From positions 20,586-84,585 of the forward strand of contig JAPUKU010000045.1 in assembly GCA_027295505.1 (NCBI GenBank): 64,000 bases of DNA, given 5' to 3'. The notes below the pieces were generated by a model. It saw only the letters and a list, made by a program, of their open reading frames with translations, was not told the DNA's origin and searched no databases. Below, one piece after another: positions 38,025 through 47,892 of this stretch; the first letter of the stretch is position 1; the number at the start of each line of letters is the position of its first letter. The translations under genes and the position numbers were made by a program. Source of the stretch: Acidobacteriota bacterium. GTDB lineage: Bacteria > Acidobacteriota > Polarisedimenticolia > JAPUKU01.

Positions 38025-40244
38025 TCAGCCCTGCACCGGGAGATCGATGACGAACGTCGTGCCCTGCGGCACGTTGGCGCGCACGTGGATGGCTCCATTG
38101 TGGTCGGAAATGATGCGATCGACGATTGCCAGACCGAGACCGGTCCCGCGGTTCTTGGTGGAGAAGTAGGGCATGAACAGGCGTTCACGATCTTCTGGAG
38201 GAATACCGGGGCCGGTGTCGCTGACCTCAACCCGAACCACCCGAGGGTCCTTCAGGTAGCAGGTACCGATGAGCACCTGGCCCTGTCCGTTCATGGCCTC
38301 GATGGCGTTGTCGATCAGGTTGATGAACACTCGGCGCATCTGCTCAGGATCGACGTGCACGGCGGGAGTCTCACCATTGTCTCGGCGGACGATCGAAAGG
38401 TCTGTGCTGCGCCCATTGTAATGAGCCAGCGCCTCATCGATCACAAGGCCGAGATCGACCGGTACCGGCTGCACATGGGGCATTTGCGCAAAACGCGTGA
38501 AGGCGTCGACGAGGCTCTTGAGCGAATTGACCTCACGCACGATGCTGGCACTTCCTTCCTCGACGATCTCACCCAGCCGGGGACTCTTCTCGCGCCACTT
38601 CTTGCGAATGCGCTCCGCCGACAGCTGGATGGGCGTGAGCGGGTTCTTGATTTCATGTGCGATGCGGTGTGCGACTTCCCGCCAGGCGGCGAGGCGCTGG
38701 CCCTTGATGAGATCGGTGAGATCTTCCAGCACGATGAGCATACCCAGGTAACTGCCCTGGCCGTCATCGAGCTGAGAGAGGTGGGCAGCCGCAGTAACCG
38801 TTCGCCCCCCACTGACGAAGCGCAGCTCCCGCTCCAGCGAGGTCTTGGCTCCCGACTGAACGCTCTCGATGGCTTCGCCAAGGCCTTTCAGATCGGCACT
38901 TCCCTGCTGCAGGATCTCCGCCGGTTTGTTGAGGATGGCTCCGCGGCGCGGCAGTCCCAGAATGCGGTGTGCAGCGCGATTGATGGTGCTCACCCTTCCC
39001 TGGCGGTCCAGCGAGATGACGCCCGTGGTGATGTTTTCGAGAAGGATCTCGATGTAGCGGCGGCGCTCCTCGAGGGCCTGGTTGATTTCGTTGAGTTCGC
39101 GGCTGCGCTGGTCAATGGTTTCCCGGTTGCCCCGCAGCTCCTCGGTCATGGCGTTGAATGAATCCACCAGGATCCCGAGCTCGTCTCCGGCTTCCACTTC
39201 AACCTTGTAGTTGAGGTTGCCCGAAGAGATTTCACGCGTGCCGTGAGCAAGCATCTGAATGGGCACCGTGATGCGCTTGGACAGGTACAGGCCGATCCAA
39301 GTCACCGAGAATAGGATGATCAGGGTCACGAGCGCGAACGCGAACGTGTATAGGCGCTGGATGTTTGACTTCTGGGCTTTGTTCTGGCGGTAGTTCTCGC
39401 TCGCACGGCTGATGCGCGAAGTTAAACCCATCAGATCCCGCGAAACCCGGTAGCCGGCCACTAGCACGCCCTGGGCCGGCTCGCCGGGCTTGAGAGAGGC
39501 GATGGGCACGCCATAGCGCACCAGTTGTGAACCGCTATGCGAATTGATCCACCCAAACGGCTCCCCCGCCAGGGCTTTGTCGATCAGGTTCTGGGGAAGC
39601 TGCTCGATCGAGTCCACCGGGATACGCGGATCCAACACAACCAGTGGCTCTCCTCCACCCACGTAGACACCGATGAAGTCGAGGCCATACTGCTTGAGAC
39701 GGCGCTTGAGCCAGCGCCCGAGATAGCGGCGGTTCTCTCCCAAGAGGCCGTTTTCCGCCGCCAGCCTGCTTGTACGCTGTGCGAAGTGGGCTGCGCGCTG
39801 CCTGACGTCGTCGTAGTAGGCGTCCACGACCTCCTGCGAGTACTGGGTGACCTCATCCACAGGGGTGCTGAACCACTTGTCCACGCTCGACTGGATGAGA
39901 TGGAGGGCGGCCAGGAATATCAGCAGGGACGGCAGCAGCCACAGGGCCAGCAGTGTGAACACAACCTTCGTCTTGAACTTGGCGCCGAGAATGTTGCGCT
40001 TGCGCTCCACCAGCAGCTTGATGAGGTTGCGGAAAAGGATGAACAGGAAGGTGAGTATGAGGATGGCATTGGTAATGCCCAGAAACGACAGCAGCACCGA
40101 GTTTGTGAGGTAGGGCCAGCTAAAATCCTCGGTCTTCTGGAGGAAAAAGTAGATGGCCGAAACAACCAACACCAGAATCGCCACTCCGAGCAGGAGCAGG
40201 CGATCGGTGTTCAGTCGCGGACGGCTACGGCTGGATCGGCTCAT
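38025..40244 (-). CDS. ntrY: sensor histidine kinase, NtrY type
   Basis: Multi-TM N-terminus, HAMP, PAS, an H-box ([20 protein letters not shown]) and a HATPase_c domain ([33 protein letters not shown]); lies upstream of ntrX. Confidence 0.85.
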   Translation of the reverse strand: [739 protein letters not shown]

Positions 40245-40797
40245 CGTCCTGGATCAGATCGGACTTGGCCCATTCGGTCTCGAAGTCCCAGGGGATGAAG
40301 AAGAACACGAAACGGTTCTGGATCTCAGACTTGACCTTCACGTAGAGGCGATCGAGCGTCTCCACGGGGTTCTCAGAGGGCAGGGGGATCTTCTCGAACA
40401 CCGTCATCCAGTTCTTCATGTCCTCGGCCTTGTCGGTGACCAGGGTGTCGACCATCTGGCCGTTGACAGTGCGCGAAACTCGATACTGCTTCGTCAGAAT
40501 GTCGAATGTCACACTGGTGGTGACGAGCTTTTCGGAGAGCCGCTGATCAACCCAGACGGTCCGGCGCCGGTAAGCGCGCAGTACGTGATGAAATGTCACC
40601 GGCAGCCCGCTGGCGATGACTTCCTCCACCTCCTCAGTGAAGGCCCCCGAAACACGGAAATCTACGCTTATAGCTCCCTCGCTGAGCGCAACCTGGAGCT
40701 GGTCAATCTGAACTCCACGACCACGCCCCAGCGGCAGGGGCAGGATGATGAGAATCAGGGCGCCGCCAAGCCAGCGCCGCAGGAGATGGTCGAACAC
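40225..40797 (-). CDS. DUF4390-like periplasmic protein associated with ntrYX
   Basis: Signal peptide, about 190 aa, overlaps the ntrY start. This matches the usual position of DUF4390 genes upstream of ntrY in proteobacteria. I recall the family-level similarity but cannot compute it here. Confidence 0.5.
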   Translation of the reverse strand: MFDHLLRRWLGGALILIILPLPLGRGRGVQIDQLQVALSEGAISVDFRVSGAFTEEVEEVIASGLPVTFHHVLRAYRRRTVWVDQRLSEKLVTTSVTFDILTKQYRVSRTVNGQMVDTLVTDKAEDMKNWMTVFEKIPLPSENPVETLDRLYVKVKSEIQNRFVFFFIPWDFETEWAKSDLIQDDEPIQP

Positions 40798-40919
40798 TTT
40801 GCCTTTCTGTCCGGAGATCTTTTGCTCCCGAACAGACTATTTTAGGGGACGGAAAGACCTGTGGCAAGAGGATTTGCGGCGTAGGGTCCGGGCGGGAGGT
40901 CGGGTGCAGGGATCCAGCC

Positions 40920-41846
40920 TCAGAGAGAGGCGGTCTGACTGCCTCCGGCCACCATAGCGGGCCGGGAAGGAATGTGGTGTGCGGCCACCTCGGTACTGCC
41001 TTCGAACCTCCAGGCATCCGGCCGGGCCAGGATCTCCTGGACCAGGCGGGTGTGGAGGCGGTGCCCAGCGCGCTCGGCTCGAACGTGGCCCACGAAAAGC
41101 ATGCCGAGCAGGGCCAGATCCCCGATTAGATCGAGTACCTTGTGGCGCACGAACTCATCCTCAAAGCGTAGCGAATCGTTCAGGATCCCATCGTCCCCCA
41201 CCACGATCGCGTTCTCGAGGCAGCCGCCGAGAGCCAGCCCCTGTCTTCTCAGGGCCTCAACATCACGCAGAAAGCAGAACGTACGGGCCGTGGCGATTTC
41301 GCTCAGGTAGCTCTTACAGCTGATGCTTCCCCGGAAGTTCTGGGATCCAACGAGCGGATGGTCAAAATTGATACTGTAGTCGACGCTGAAGGAAGGAGCT
41401 GGACTGGCGGTAATGCGCCCCCCCTGCTCGCTGACTGATAGGGGTTTCTCCAGCACGAGCCGCGGGCGCGCGGCACCCAGCTCGAAGATCCCGGCCTCGT
41501 GAATGAGGTAGATGAAGGGCGCCGCACTGCCATCCAGGATCGGCACCTCAGCCCCATCCAGTTCAACGAGCACGTTATCAATCTCAAGGGCATACAGGGC
41601 GGACATCAGATGCTCGGTCGTAGAGATGCTGCAACCGTTCTCGGAGAGGGTCGTCGCAAAGGAAGTCCTGACGACGTTTACGGCCCGTGCATAAACGCGC
41701 CGCCCCCCCTGATCGAGCCGGGCGAAGACAATCCCGTGGCCTGCAGGAGCCGGGTTGAGACGCATCGAAACCGGCCTTCCCGAGTGGAGGCCGATCCCCA
41801 CGCACTCGGCACTTTTCTTCAGGGTCCGCTGATTGGATCTCGGCAT
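40920..41846 (-). CDS. lpxC: UDP-3-O-acyl-N-acetylglucosamine deacetylase LpxC
   Basis: NQRTLKKSAECVGIGLHSG.. aligns to the E. coli LpxC N-terminus. Contains TTEHLMSAL and HKVLDLIGDLALLG (zinc and hydrophobic passage motifs). Start set at the ATG at 41846. Confidence 0.9.
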   Translation of the reverse strand: MPRSNQRTLKKSAECVGIGLHSGRPVSMRLNPAPAGHGIVFARLDQGGRRVYARAVNVVRTSFATTLSENGCSISTTEHLMSALYALEIDNVLVELDGAEVPILDGSAAPFIYLIHEAGIFELGAARPRLVLEKPLSVSEQGGRITASPAPSFSVDYSINFDHPLVGSQNFRGSISCKSYLSEIATARTFCFLRDVEALRRQGLALGGCLENAIVVGDDGILNDSLRFEDEFVRHKVLDLIGDLALLGMLFVGHVRAERAGHRLHTRLVQEILARPDAWRFEGSTEVAAHHIPSRPAMVAGGSQTASL

Positions 41847-41995
41847 GGGTCGCGGCGCTCGCGCGCGCACCTTCTGGTTATGCATCATCCGTGCCAGTCA
41901 TGATTTCATCAAGGAGATCGTGAGAATTCTCTGATTTCACAGATAGTTAACCGATCTACCATCATTCACACACGGCCGAACCGATCACAGATTCG

Positions 41996-42032
41996 TGGCA
42001 TCCGCAACACATGCAGTGTGTTGCGGATGCCA
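41996..42032. repeat. 37-bp near-perfect palindrome (16-bp arms, 5-nt centre) in the lpxC / 42141-gene divergent intergenic region
   Basis: TGGCATCCGCAACACA-tgcag-TGTGTTGCGGATGCCA, read directly from the sequence. Confidence 0.6.
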
Positions 42033-42140
42033 TAGTAGCCCCGGAGCAGTTCCGGCATCCCCTCGGGCCCTGCCGCGTTGACAGTTCCGAAAAGATTATG
42101 TTAACAACAGGCCTTCCCAAGGAGCCAGAGCCTTCCTCAA

Positions 42141-43157
42141 ATGAGCAAAACGAACCCAGAGTCCCACTCCCTCAAGGAGAAGTTAGCCTTCCTGCGGCAG
42201 GAGATCGAGTCACTAGAGCGTCACGCCGAGGGCCTTTACGCCTCGGGTGGCGCCCCGGGAGAGGATGTTGATTTGGCCGAGTCCCTTGGCCGGGTCCGCG
42301 ACGGAGTTCGTCAGATATTGCAGACCACCAGCGCCCCAACCGCGCTGAATCTGCTCCTGATTCAAGCATCCCACTTTGGGGAGAGGGCTGTCCTCTTTCT
42401 CTCCCGCAAGGGGAACCTGTGGGCATGGTCCGGCCTTGGCAGAGGGGGTGTCAAGCTGGGGATTTCGAGCCTGACACTGGATCCGGAAGAGTCTCCCCTG
42501 CTCACTTCGGCGCTGCAATCACAGCGGTGCGAGAGCGGCACCGGCCCCGAACCCTGGGAGGCACGGCTGGGAGAGCCCAGTGCAGGCGGTCGCGTCGCCG
42601 TGCCGATCCCGGGCCGCGAGCGCTGCAGCGGATTGCTGTGGTTCGACACCGGCCCCCTGGCCACCCCGGGTGCCGTGGAGGCTGTCGAGTGCCTAGCCAC
42701 CACCGCCGGGGCCGCACTCGAGATGATCGCCCTGAGGCGGGCGCCCACTCCCCCCGGCGGCGGCCGGGTCACAGCTGATGAGAGCGCGATCAGGTCCCCG
42801 CTCCCCTACTCGGTGTTCGAGGGGCAGGAAGCCGGCGAGCAGGCACCGGCCTCGAGCACCTCCGGTAACGCACCCGATCCGAGCCTGGGAGGACAGCATG
42901 AGGATGCCCGGAGGCTGGCCCGCTTGCTCATCTCCGAGATCAGGCTCTACAACGAGGAGAAGGTCGCGCTGGGTAGAAAGAGCCGGGACCTGTGCACCCG
43001 GCTGCGTAACGACATCAATCGTAGCCGGCAGACCTACGAGGAGCGGATCTCCCAGGAGGTCCGCGACGCCACCGACTACTTCCAGGCGGAACTGATCAAG
43101 ACCCTGGCTGACGGCGACGCCTCCCTCCTGGGCCCTGTCACCGCGGCCGCGAGCTGA
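42141..43157 (+). CDS. hypothetical protein (N-terminal coiled-coil, central GAF-like region, conserved C-terminal helical segment)
   Basis: 338 aa with no assignable family; the C-terminus reads ARLLISEIRLYNEEKVALGRKSRDLCTRLRNDINRSRQTYEERI. A TTGACA box lies about 60 nt upstream. Confidence 0.45.
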   Translation: MSKTNPESHSLKEKLAFLRQEIESLERHAEGLYASGGAPGEDVDLAESLGRVRDGVRQILQTTSAPTALNLLLIQASHFGERAVLFLSRKGNLWAWSGLGRGGVKLGISSLTLDPEESPLLTSALQSQRCESGTGPEPWEARLGEPSAGGRVAVPIPGRERCSGLLWFDTGPLATPGAVEAVECLATTAGAALEMIALRRAPTPPGGGRVTADESAIRSPLPYSVFEGQEAGEQAPASSTSGNAPDPSLGGQHEDARRLARLLISEIRLYNEEKVALGRKSRDLCTRLRNDINRSRQTYEERISQEVRDATDYFQAELIKTLADGDASLLGPVTAAAS

Positions 43158-43196
43158 GCGGCTTGGTGCCGGCGCTTACGCGCCCCTGCCGACTGC

Positions 43197-43658
43197 CTAA
43201 CGATTCAACCCGGGCGGCGGGCTTCCCGTTTCAACCTCGGTGATCGCAAACTCCAGTGTCTTCAAAACGCTTCCGTCGGCGCGGCGCACCTCGATCTTCC
43301 ATTGGCCGGTCCAGCTCGGAAGCAGGCGCTTGCTGCTCCAGGTCCGCCAGTTGGGTGAGCGCACCGGCAGGCTGACTCGACCCCGCTCCTCGCCCTCGTG
43401 CAACCACACGTGCTCGATCCGGGTATCTTCCGATGCGCCCTCGATGTGGGTGTAGCAGAAAACCTGTCCGACCTGGTTCGAGAAAACGCTGTCAATGTTC
43501 ACCGGCTCGCGCTCCTGGACATCCAGGCAGGTCACCGCCCTCGACACCCTTATCTCCTGCCCGGCACCCTCGGCCGCGACATCCTGAGCGCCCAGGCCGA
43601 CAACGGCCACGGCAGCGGCTGCGAGAAGCCCCCTCTTGAAACCTATCAACTCGCGCAT
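43197..43658 (-). CDS. hypothetical secreted protein (DUF2914-like)
   Basis: Signal peptide (MRELIGFKRGLLAAAAVAVVGLGAQD) plus a domain with VQEREPV..VFCYTHIEG..HVWLHEG..WRTWSSK..GQWKIEV. I recall this pattern as DUF2914 but could not verify it. Confidence 0.45.
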   Translation of the reverse strand: MRELIGFKRGLLAAAAVAVVGLGAQDVAAEGAGQEIRVSRAVTCLDVQEREPVNIDSVFSNQVGQVFCYTHIEGASEDTRIEHVWLHEGEERGRVSLPVRSPNWRTWSSKRLLPSWTGQWKIEVRRADGSVLKTLEFAITEVETGSPPPGLNR

Positions 43659-43908
43659 AGCTCCTCCTCGTTCAACGGGTGGAACGACTCTACAGGCGTC
43701 TCTCTCCGAGGAGGATTCTGAATCCACCTGCTCACCCCTGTCAAGGTGATCGCTTCCGCCTCAGCCTCTTCAGGCGCTGGTACAAATTACGGGCCAGGGG
43801 CACGTCGACGGAGAGGAGGGCCAGGCTGGAGATGCGCAACACCCGGAGGACCTGCGCCGAGCCCCCTGCCGCATCTTTCTCTGCAACCGGCTGGGAAGGG
43901 CCCGTCGC

Positions 43909-44757
43909 TCATGCGGAGTGCCCTGGCAGCGCCTGTGCTTCCGGCGTCAGGTGGCCTCGGTAGACCAGGCGGGCCTCCCCGCACAGGGTGACCTCGTCCA
44001 GGCGTCCGGAGTTGCGTCGGAAACGGATGCTGATGGTCGCTCCCGAGCGCACCCGGAAACGCAGGGGCGATCGCAGACCCGGATCGCGATGGGCCAGAAC
44101 CAGGGCGGCCGCAACACAGCCGCTGCCGCAAGCAAGGGTCTCCGATTCCACGCCGCGCTCGAACGTCCTGAGAGGGCGCACCCCTCTCCGAGGGGAACCC
44201 ACAAAATCGATGTTTGCGCCCGACCGGAAGGCAGAGTGCCGTCTCAGGCGTGCAGCAAGCGGAGGTAACAGGAGACTTTCCGGCACGCCCCTGAGCAATA
44301 CGAAGTGGGGAACACCCGCGAGGATCTCGTAACCCCACACGTTCCGGCCGTCCACCCGCAGGCACCGCCGCCGCGGCTGTCCCATGGCGAAGCCCAGGCC
44401 GGAGTCAACCCCGCCCCGGTGCACGCGAGCGCGGATCTCACCCGCGTCCGTGTCGAGCCGCACGATTCCGTCCCGACCCCGGCGCAGGGCCTCCCACCGT
44501 GCCAAACAGCGGCTGGCGTTGCCGCAGAAAGGGTGGCTGCGACCGTCCGGGTTATAAAACTTCACCCGCAGTGCTCCATGCCGACGGCCCAGTATTACGG
44601 CCACTCCATCCGCTCCGACCGAGACCCCGCGCCGGCAGACGGCGCGAACCCAGCACCCCATGGAGCGCGGCAGCCTCGCCTGCCGAGCATCGACCAGAAT
44701 GAAATCGTTGCCAGCTCCCGAAAACTTGGCAAACGGTATTGGCGGGGACTTTCTCAT
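43909..44757 (-). CDS. dapF: diaminopimelate epimerase DapF
   Basis: FAKFSGAGNDFILVD near the N-terminus, NPDGSHPFCGNASRC, and the second catalytic Cys in ETLACGSGCVAAA. Confidence 0.9.
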   Translation of the reverse strand: MRKSPPIPFAKFSGAGNDFILVDARQARLPRSMGCWVRAVCRRGVSVGADGVAVILGRRHGALRVKFYNPDGRSHPFCGNASRCLARWEALRRGRDGIVRLDTDAGEIRARVHRGGVDSGLGFAMGQPRRRCLRVDGRNVWGYEILAGVPHFVLLRGVPESLLLPPLAARLRRHSAFRSGANIDFVGSPRRGVRPLRTFERGVESETLACGSGCVAAALVLAHRDPGLRSPLRFRVRSGATISIRFRRNSGRLDEVTLCGEARLVYRGHLTPEAQALPGHSA

Positions 44758-45908
44758 GGTTCACCTGCGGGTCGGCGAGCGGGGCGCCCGGGCCTCTCAA
44801 CCGTGACTGCACGCGGTCGCCTCACGGTGCCGGACACCGGATCCGAGGGCTCGCTCTCGTTCTGCTGCGGCGAGGAGTCGATGGCGGTCATCCGGTACTC
44901 GACGGCGGCGCCCTCCGGCGGCTCTTCATCCAGCCAGGTGACATCCCAGGGGGGAAGCTCCGTCACCTTCGCCTCCTCCCCACCCTCCAGGCGGCGGTAG
45001 ACACGGTAACCCGCGAGATCCGGCTCGCGGTTGGGGGACCACAGGAGCCGTAGGCCCTCACCCTCGATCACCAGCGTCAGCCTCTTCGGCGCAGCGGGAG
45101 GAAAGATGTCACGATACGTCATAAGCTCCGATTGCACGAACGGTCCTGCGACCCACGCACGCTCACCTGCCTTGCGGCGCAGGCGCACCGAGTATCGGTA
45201 GCTCCCGCCCAGGCGCACGGAGGCATCCTCGAACTCCCCGGCGGCGGGGCTTACGTGCGCCAGCAACACCCTCGGCTGGTCTTCCTCTTGCCGATACATC
45301 TCCAGACGCCCCTCACCTTCCAGGGGTTCCCACCGAACACGCAACCCGTCAGGCTCAGGGATCAGCTCCAGGGAAGATGTCGCCGGGAGCGGCTGCGCCG
45401 GTACCTGCAGATGCACTGCGTTCGAGACCGTATGCCGCCGGCCGCTGCGGGTCAGAAGCACAACCCGCAACCATTCTTCCGGCGCCAGTTCCCGGGTTTC
45501 GATCTGCCAGCTCATACGCCGCGGGCGGCGGCCGGACTGCGACGCCCAATCGATGACGGGGCCTTCCTCCTGCGTCGCGCGCTGGAGGAATTGTTTGAGA
45601 TCGGACGCTTCGGGCTCCGCGGGGGCAGCACCGGGACCCGCTTCCCAAGCCGCGCGATACTCGACGTGTGCCGGGCCCGGCTCGAGGGGCGGTGAAGCCC
45701 CCCAGGCGAGTTCCAGTGCATCGCCGGCAAGCGTCACCTCCAGGTCGCCCACCGGGGGCGGCGTGCGTGGAAGCGGAGGAAGAGGAGGGCCCTTCTTGCC
45801 GCACGATCCGGCAAGGAGAGCTGCCAGCAGCGCGGCCGCCAGCGGGCCGGCCCATAATGGGCGGCTGGCCGCGTTAGAGGATGTACTTGCTGTGATCCTG
45901 ATCACGCG
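44754..45908 (-). CDS. lipoprotein with a Pro-rich linker and two fibronectin-type-III-like domains
   Basis: Lipobox LLAGSC after a hydrophobic stretch. FN3-like segments: [19 protein letters not shown].. and [59 protein letters not shown]. The only in-frame start before the signal peptide is the GTG at 45908, overlapping the hslU 3' end by about 35 nt. A competing ATG ORF in another frame (45355-45855) was rejected. Confidence 0.5.
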   Translation of the reverse strand, partial: RVIRITASTSSNAASRPLWAGPLAAALLAALLAGSCGKKGPPLPPLPRTPPPVGDLEVTLAGDALELAWGASPPLEPGPAHVEYRAAWEAGPGAAPAEPEASDLKQFLQRATQEEGPVIDWASQSGRRPRRMSWQIETRELAPEEWLRVVLLTRSGRRHTVSNAVHLQVPAQPLPATSSLELIPEPDGLRVRWEPLEGEGRLEMYRQEEDQPRVLLAHVSPAAGEFEDASVRLGGSYRYSVRLRRKAGERAWVAGPFVQSELMTYRDIFPPAAPKRLTLVIEGEGLRLLWSPNREPDLAGYRVYRRLEGGEEAKVTELPPWDVTWLDEEPPEGAAVEYRMTAIDSSPQQNESEPSDPVSGTVRRPRAVTVERPGRPARRPAGEP

Positions 45909-47235
45909 CAATGCTGGCCAGCATCCGGTGCACGTAGGCGGCGTCAATGCGCTGCTTCTTGGTGGCCAGATCGGGAGCTTCGAAGGAAATCTCGTCGAGC
46001 AGCTTCTCCAGCACGGTGTGCAGGCGACGGGCTCCAATGTTTTCGGTTCGCTCGTTGACCTGATGGGCATATTCCGCGATGGCGTCGATGGCATCCGGTG
46101 TGAACTCGAGCTGCACGCCTTCCGTTCCGAGCAGAGCAGTGTACTGCCGGATGAGGGCGTTCTGCGGTTCGGTCAGAATGCGCACAAACTCTTCCTTACC
46201 CAGCGGGTCCAGTTCCACACGGATCGGGAACCGGCCCTGCAGCTCCGGGATCAGATCGGAAGGCTTGCTGGTGTGAAAAGCACCCGAAGCTATGAAAAGA
46301 ATGTGGTCGGTGCGAACCATGCCCTGGCGCGTGTGCACTGTGGTGCCTTCCACGATGGGTAGAATATCTCTCTGCACGCCCTCACGGCTGACATCCGGCC
46401 CGTTGCCGCCCTCTCGCCCAGCGACCTTGTCGATTTCGTCAATGAAAATGATGCCGCCCTGCTCGACTCTGCGAACCGCTTCGCGCGTGACCCGTTCGTG
46501 ATCAATCAGGCGTTCCTGCTCCTGCCGGATGAGATGGGGTCGCGCCTCGGACACCTTCATGCGCTGCTTGCGTCCACGCGCACCACCGAACAGGCTGGGG
46601 AGGATCTCCTTCATGCTGATCTCCAGATCCTCCATGCCGCCACCCGTGAACAACCGCACCGATGAGGGGGCCGCCATGGGGACCTCGATCTCAATCATCG
46701 CTTCCTCGAGATTGCCGGCCCGGAGTTTCTGGCGCAGCTTCTCCCGGGTGCGCTGATGTGACTCGATCCCTCCCTCCTCGGGGGACGCCGCGGCCGCGCC
46801 TCCGGCGGCCGTCGGCAGCAGGGCGTTCAGGAGCCGATCCTCCGTTTGTGAGGTCGCCTGTTGAAGAACCTCGGCAAACTTCTCTTCCTGCACCATGTCC
46901 ATTGCCAGCCCCATCAGATCACGCACCATCGACTCCACGTCCCGGCCCACGTACCCGACTTCCGTGAAACGGGTTGCCTCGACCTTGAGGAACGGCGCTT
47001 GGGCGAGTCGGGCCAGACGACGGGCGATCTCGGTCTTGCCAACACCCGTAGGTCCGATCATGATGATGTTCTTCGGCGCGATCTCCTCGGCCAGCTCCCG
47101 CGGCAGCTTCTGCCTGCGCATGCGGCTGCGCAGGGCCACCGCAACCGCGCGCTTGGCCGCGGTCTGTCCGATGATGTAACGATCGAGCTCGGTGACAATC
47201 TGCCGGGGGGTGCGCTCTTCCGGCGTGGAAGCCAT
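45874..47235 (-). CDS. hslU: ATP-dependent protease ATPase subunit HslU
   Basis: N-terminus [33 protein letters not shown] aligns to E. coli HslU. Walker A ([16 protein letters not shown]), an I-domain, and a C-terminal second AAA module. Confidence 0.9.
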   Translation of the reverse strand: MASTPEERTPRQIVTELDRYIIGQTAAKRAVAVALRSRMRRQKLPRELAEEIAPKNIIMIGPTGVGKTEIARRLARLAQAPFLKVEATRFTEVGYVGRDVESMVRDLMGLAMDMVQEEKFAEVLQQATSQTEDRLLNALLPTAAGGAAAASPEEGGIESHQRTREKLRQKLRAGNLEEAMIEIEVPMAAPSSVRLFTGGGMEDLEISMKEILPSLFGGARGRKQRMKVSEARPHLIRQEQERLIDHERVTREAVRRVEQGGIIFIDEIDKVAGREGGNGPDVSREGVQRDILPIVEGTTVHTRQGMVRTDHILFIASGAFHTSKPSDLIPELQGRFPIRVELDPLGKEEFVRILTEPQNALIRQYTALLGTEGVQLEFTPDAIDAIAEYAHQVNERTENIGARRLHTVLEKLLDEISFEAPDLATKKQRIDAAYVHRMLASIARDQDHSKYIL

Positions 47236-47283
47236 CTGCACCGACTCACCGCCAGTGGCGCCGGGCAACTCGAACACCATGCC

Positions 47284-47862
47284 TCAAAGCTCCTCTACGA
47301 CCACACTATCGTTCGTATAAACGTCAATGCCCGCTGTGATGCACATCGCCTCACGGGCGATATCGGCGGCTTCCATCTGCGTGTGTTGAACCAGCGCGCG
47401 CGCAGCCGCCAGCGCACAGGATCCACCTGAACCGATGGCCAGCAGGCCGTCGTCCGGTTCGATGAGCTCTCCCGTGCCGGAAAGCAGGAACGTGCGTTCG
47501 CTGTCTCCGACGACCAGCAGGGCTTCGAGTCGCCGCAGCACCCGATCCGTGCGCCAGTCCTTGACGAGTTCCACGGCGCCGCGCTCAAGGTTGCCCCGGT
47601 ACTCCTCCAGCTTAGCCTCGAAGCGGGCGAATAGGGACATCGCATCCGCGGCCGAGCCCGCGAACCCGACCAGAACCGTGTCCCGGTACATTCTTCGAAC
47701 CTTGCGGGCGCCGTGCTTGACGATGGCCTCGCCGAGCGTCACCTGCCCATCCCCTGCCATGGCCAGACGGCCTCGATGACGGATCGACAGGATGGTCGTG
47801 CCGCGGAACTTTGGGTGAATGCGACTTATGCGATGGCTCCGTTGGGGTGGGAGAGGGCCCAC
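47284..47862 (-). CDS. hslV: ATP-dependent protease subunit HslV (CodW-like), start or pro-sequence unresolved
   Basis: [23 protein letters not shown]...[12 protein letters not shown] is strongly HslV/CodW-like. The codon before the catalytic Thr-Thr is GGC, with no adjacent start. The nearest in-frame canonical start is the GTG at 47862, which would give a 21-aa N-terminal extension. The 318-aa ORF in the track is an artefact of the open frame. Confidence 0.75.
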   Translation of the reverse strand: MGPLPPQRSHRISRIHPKFRGTTILSIRHRGRLAMAGDGQVTLGEAIVKHGARKVRRMYRDTVLVGFAGSAADAMSLFARFEAKLEEYRGNLERGAVELVKDWRTDRVLRRLEALLVVGDSERTFLLSGTGELIEPDDGLLAIGSGGSCALAAARALVQHTQMEAADIAREAMCITAGIDVYTNDSVVVEEL

Positions 47863-47892
47863 GCGTCCCGGGTTAGCCGTACAATATACCAC

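Noticed and set aside
38085-39161. 358-aa plus-strand ORF antisense to ntrY
   Set aside because: Overlaps the histidine kinase H-box and ATPase region on the other strand; no motifs.
45355-45855. 166-aa ATG-initiated ORF immediately after the hslU stop
   Set aside because: Its translation is a Gly/Arg/Ala-rich alternative frame of the FN3 lipoprotein gene, whose own frame encodes a lipobox signal peptide and FN3 motifs.
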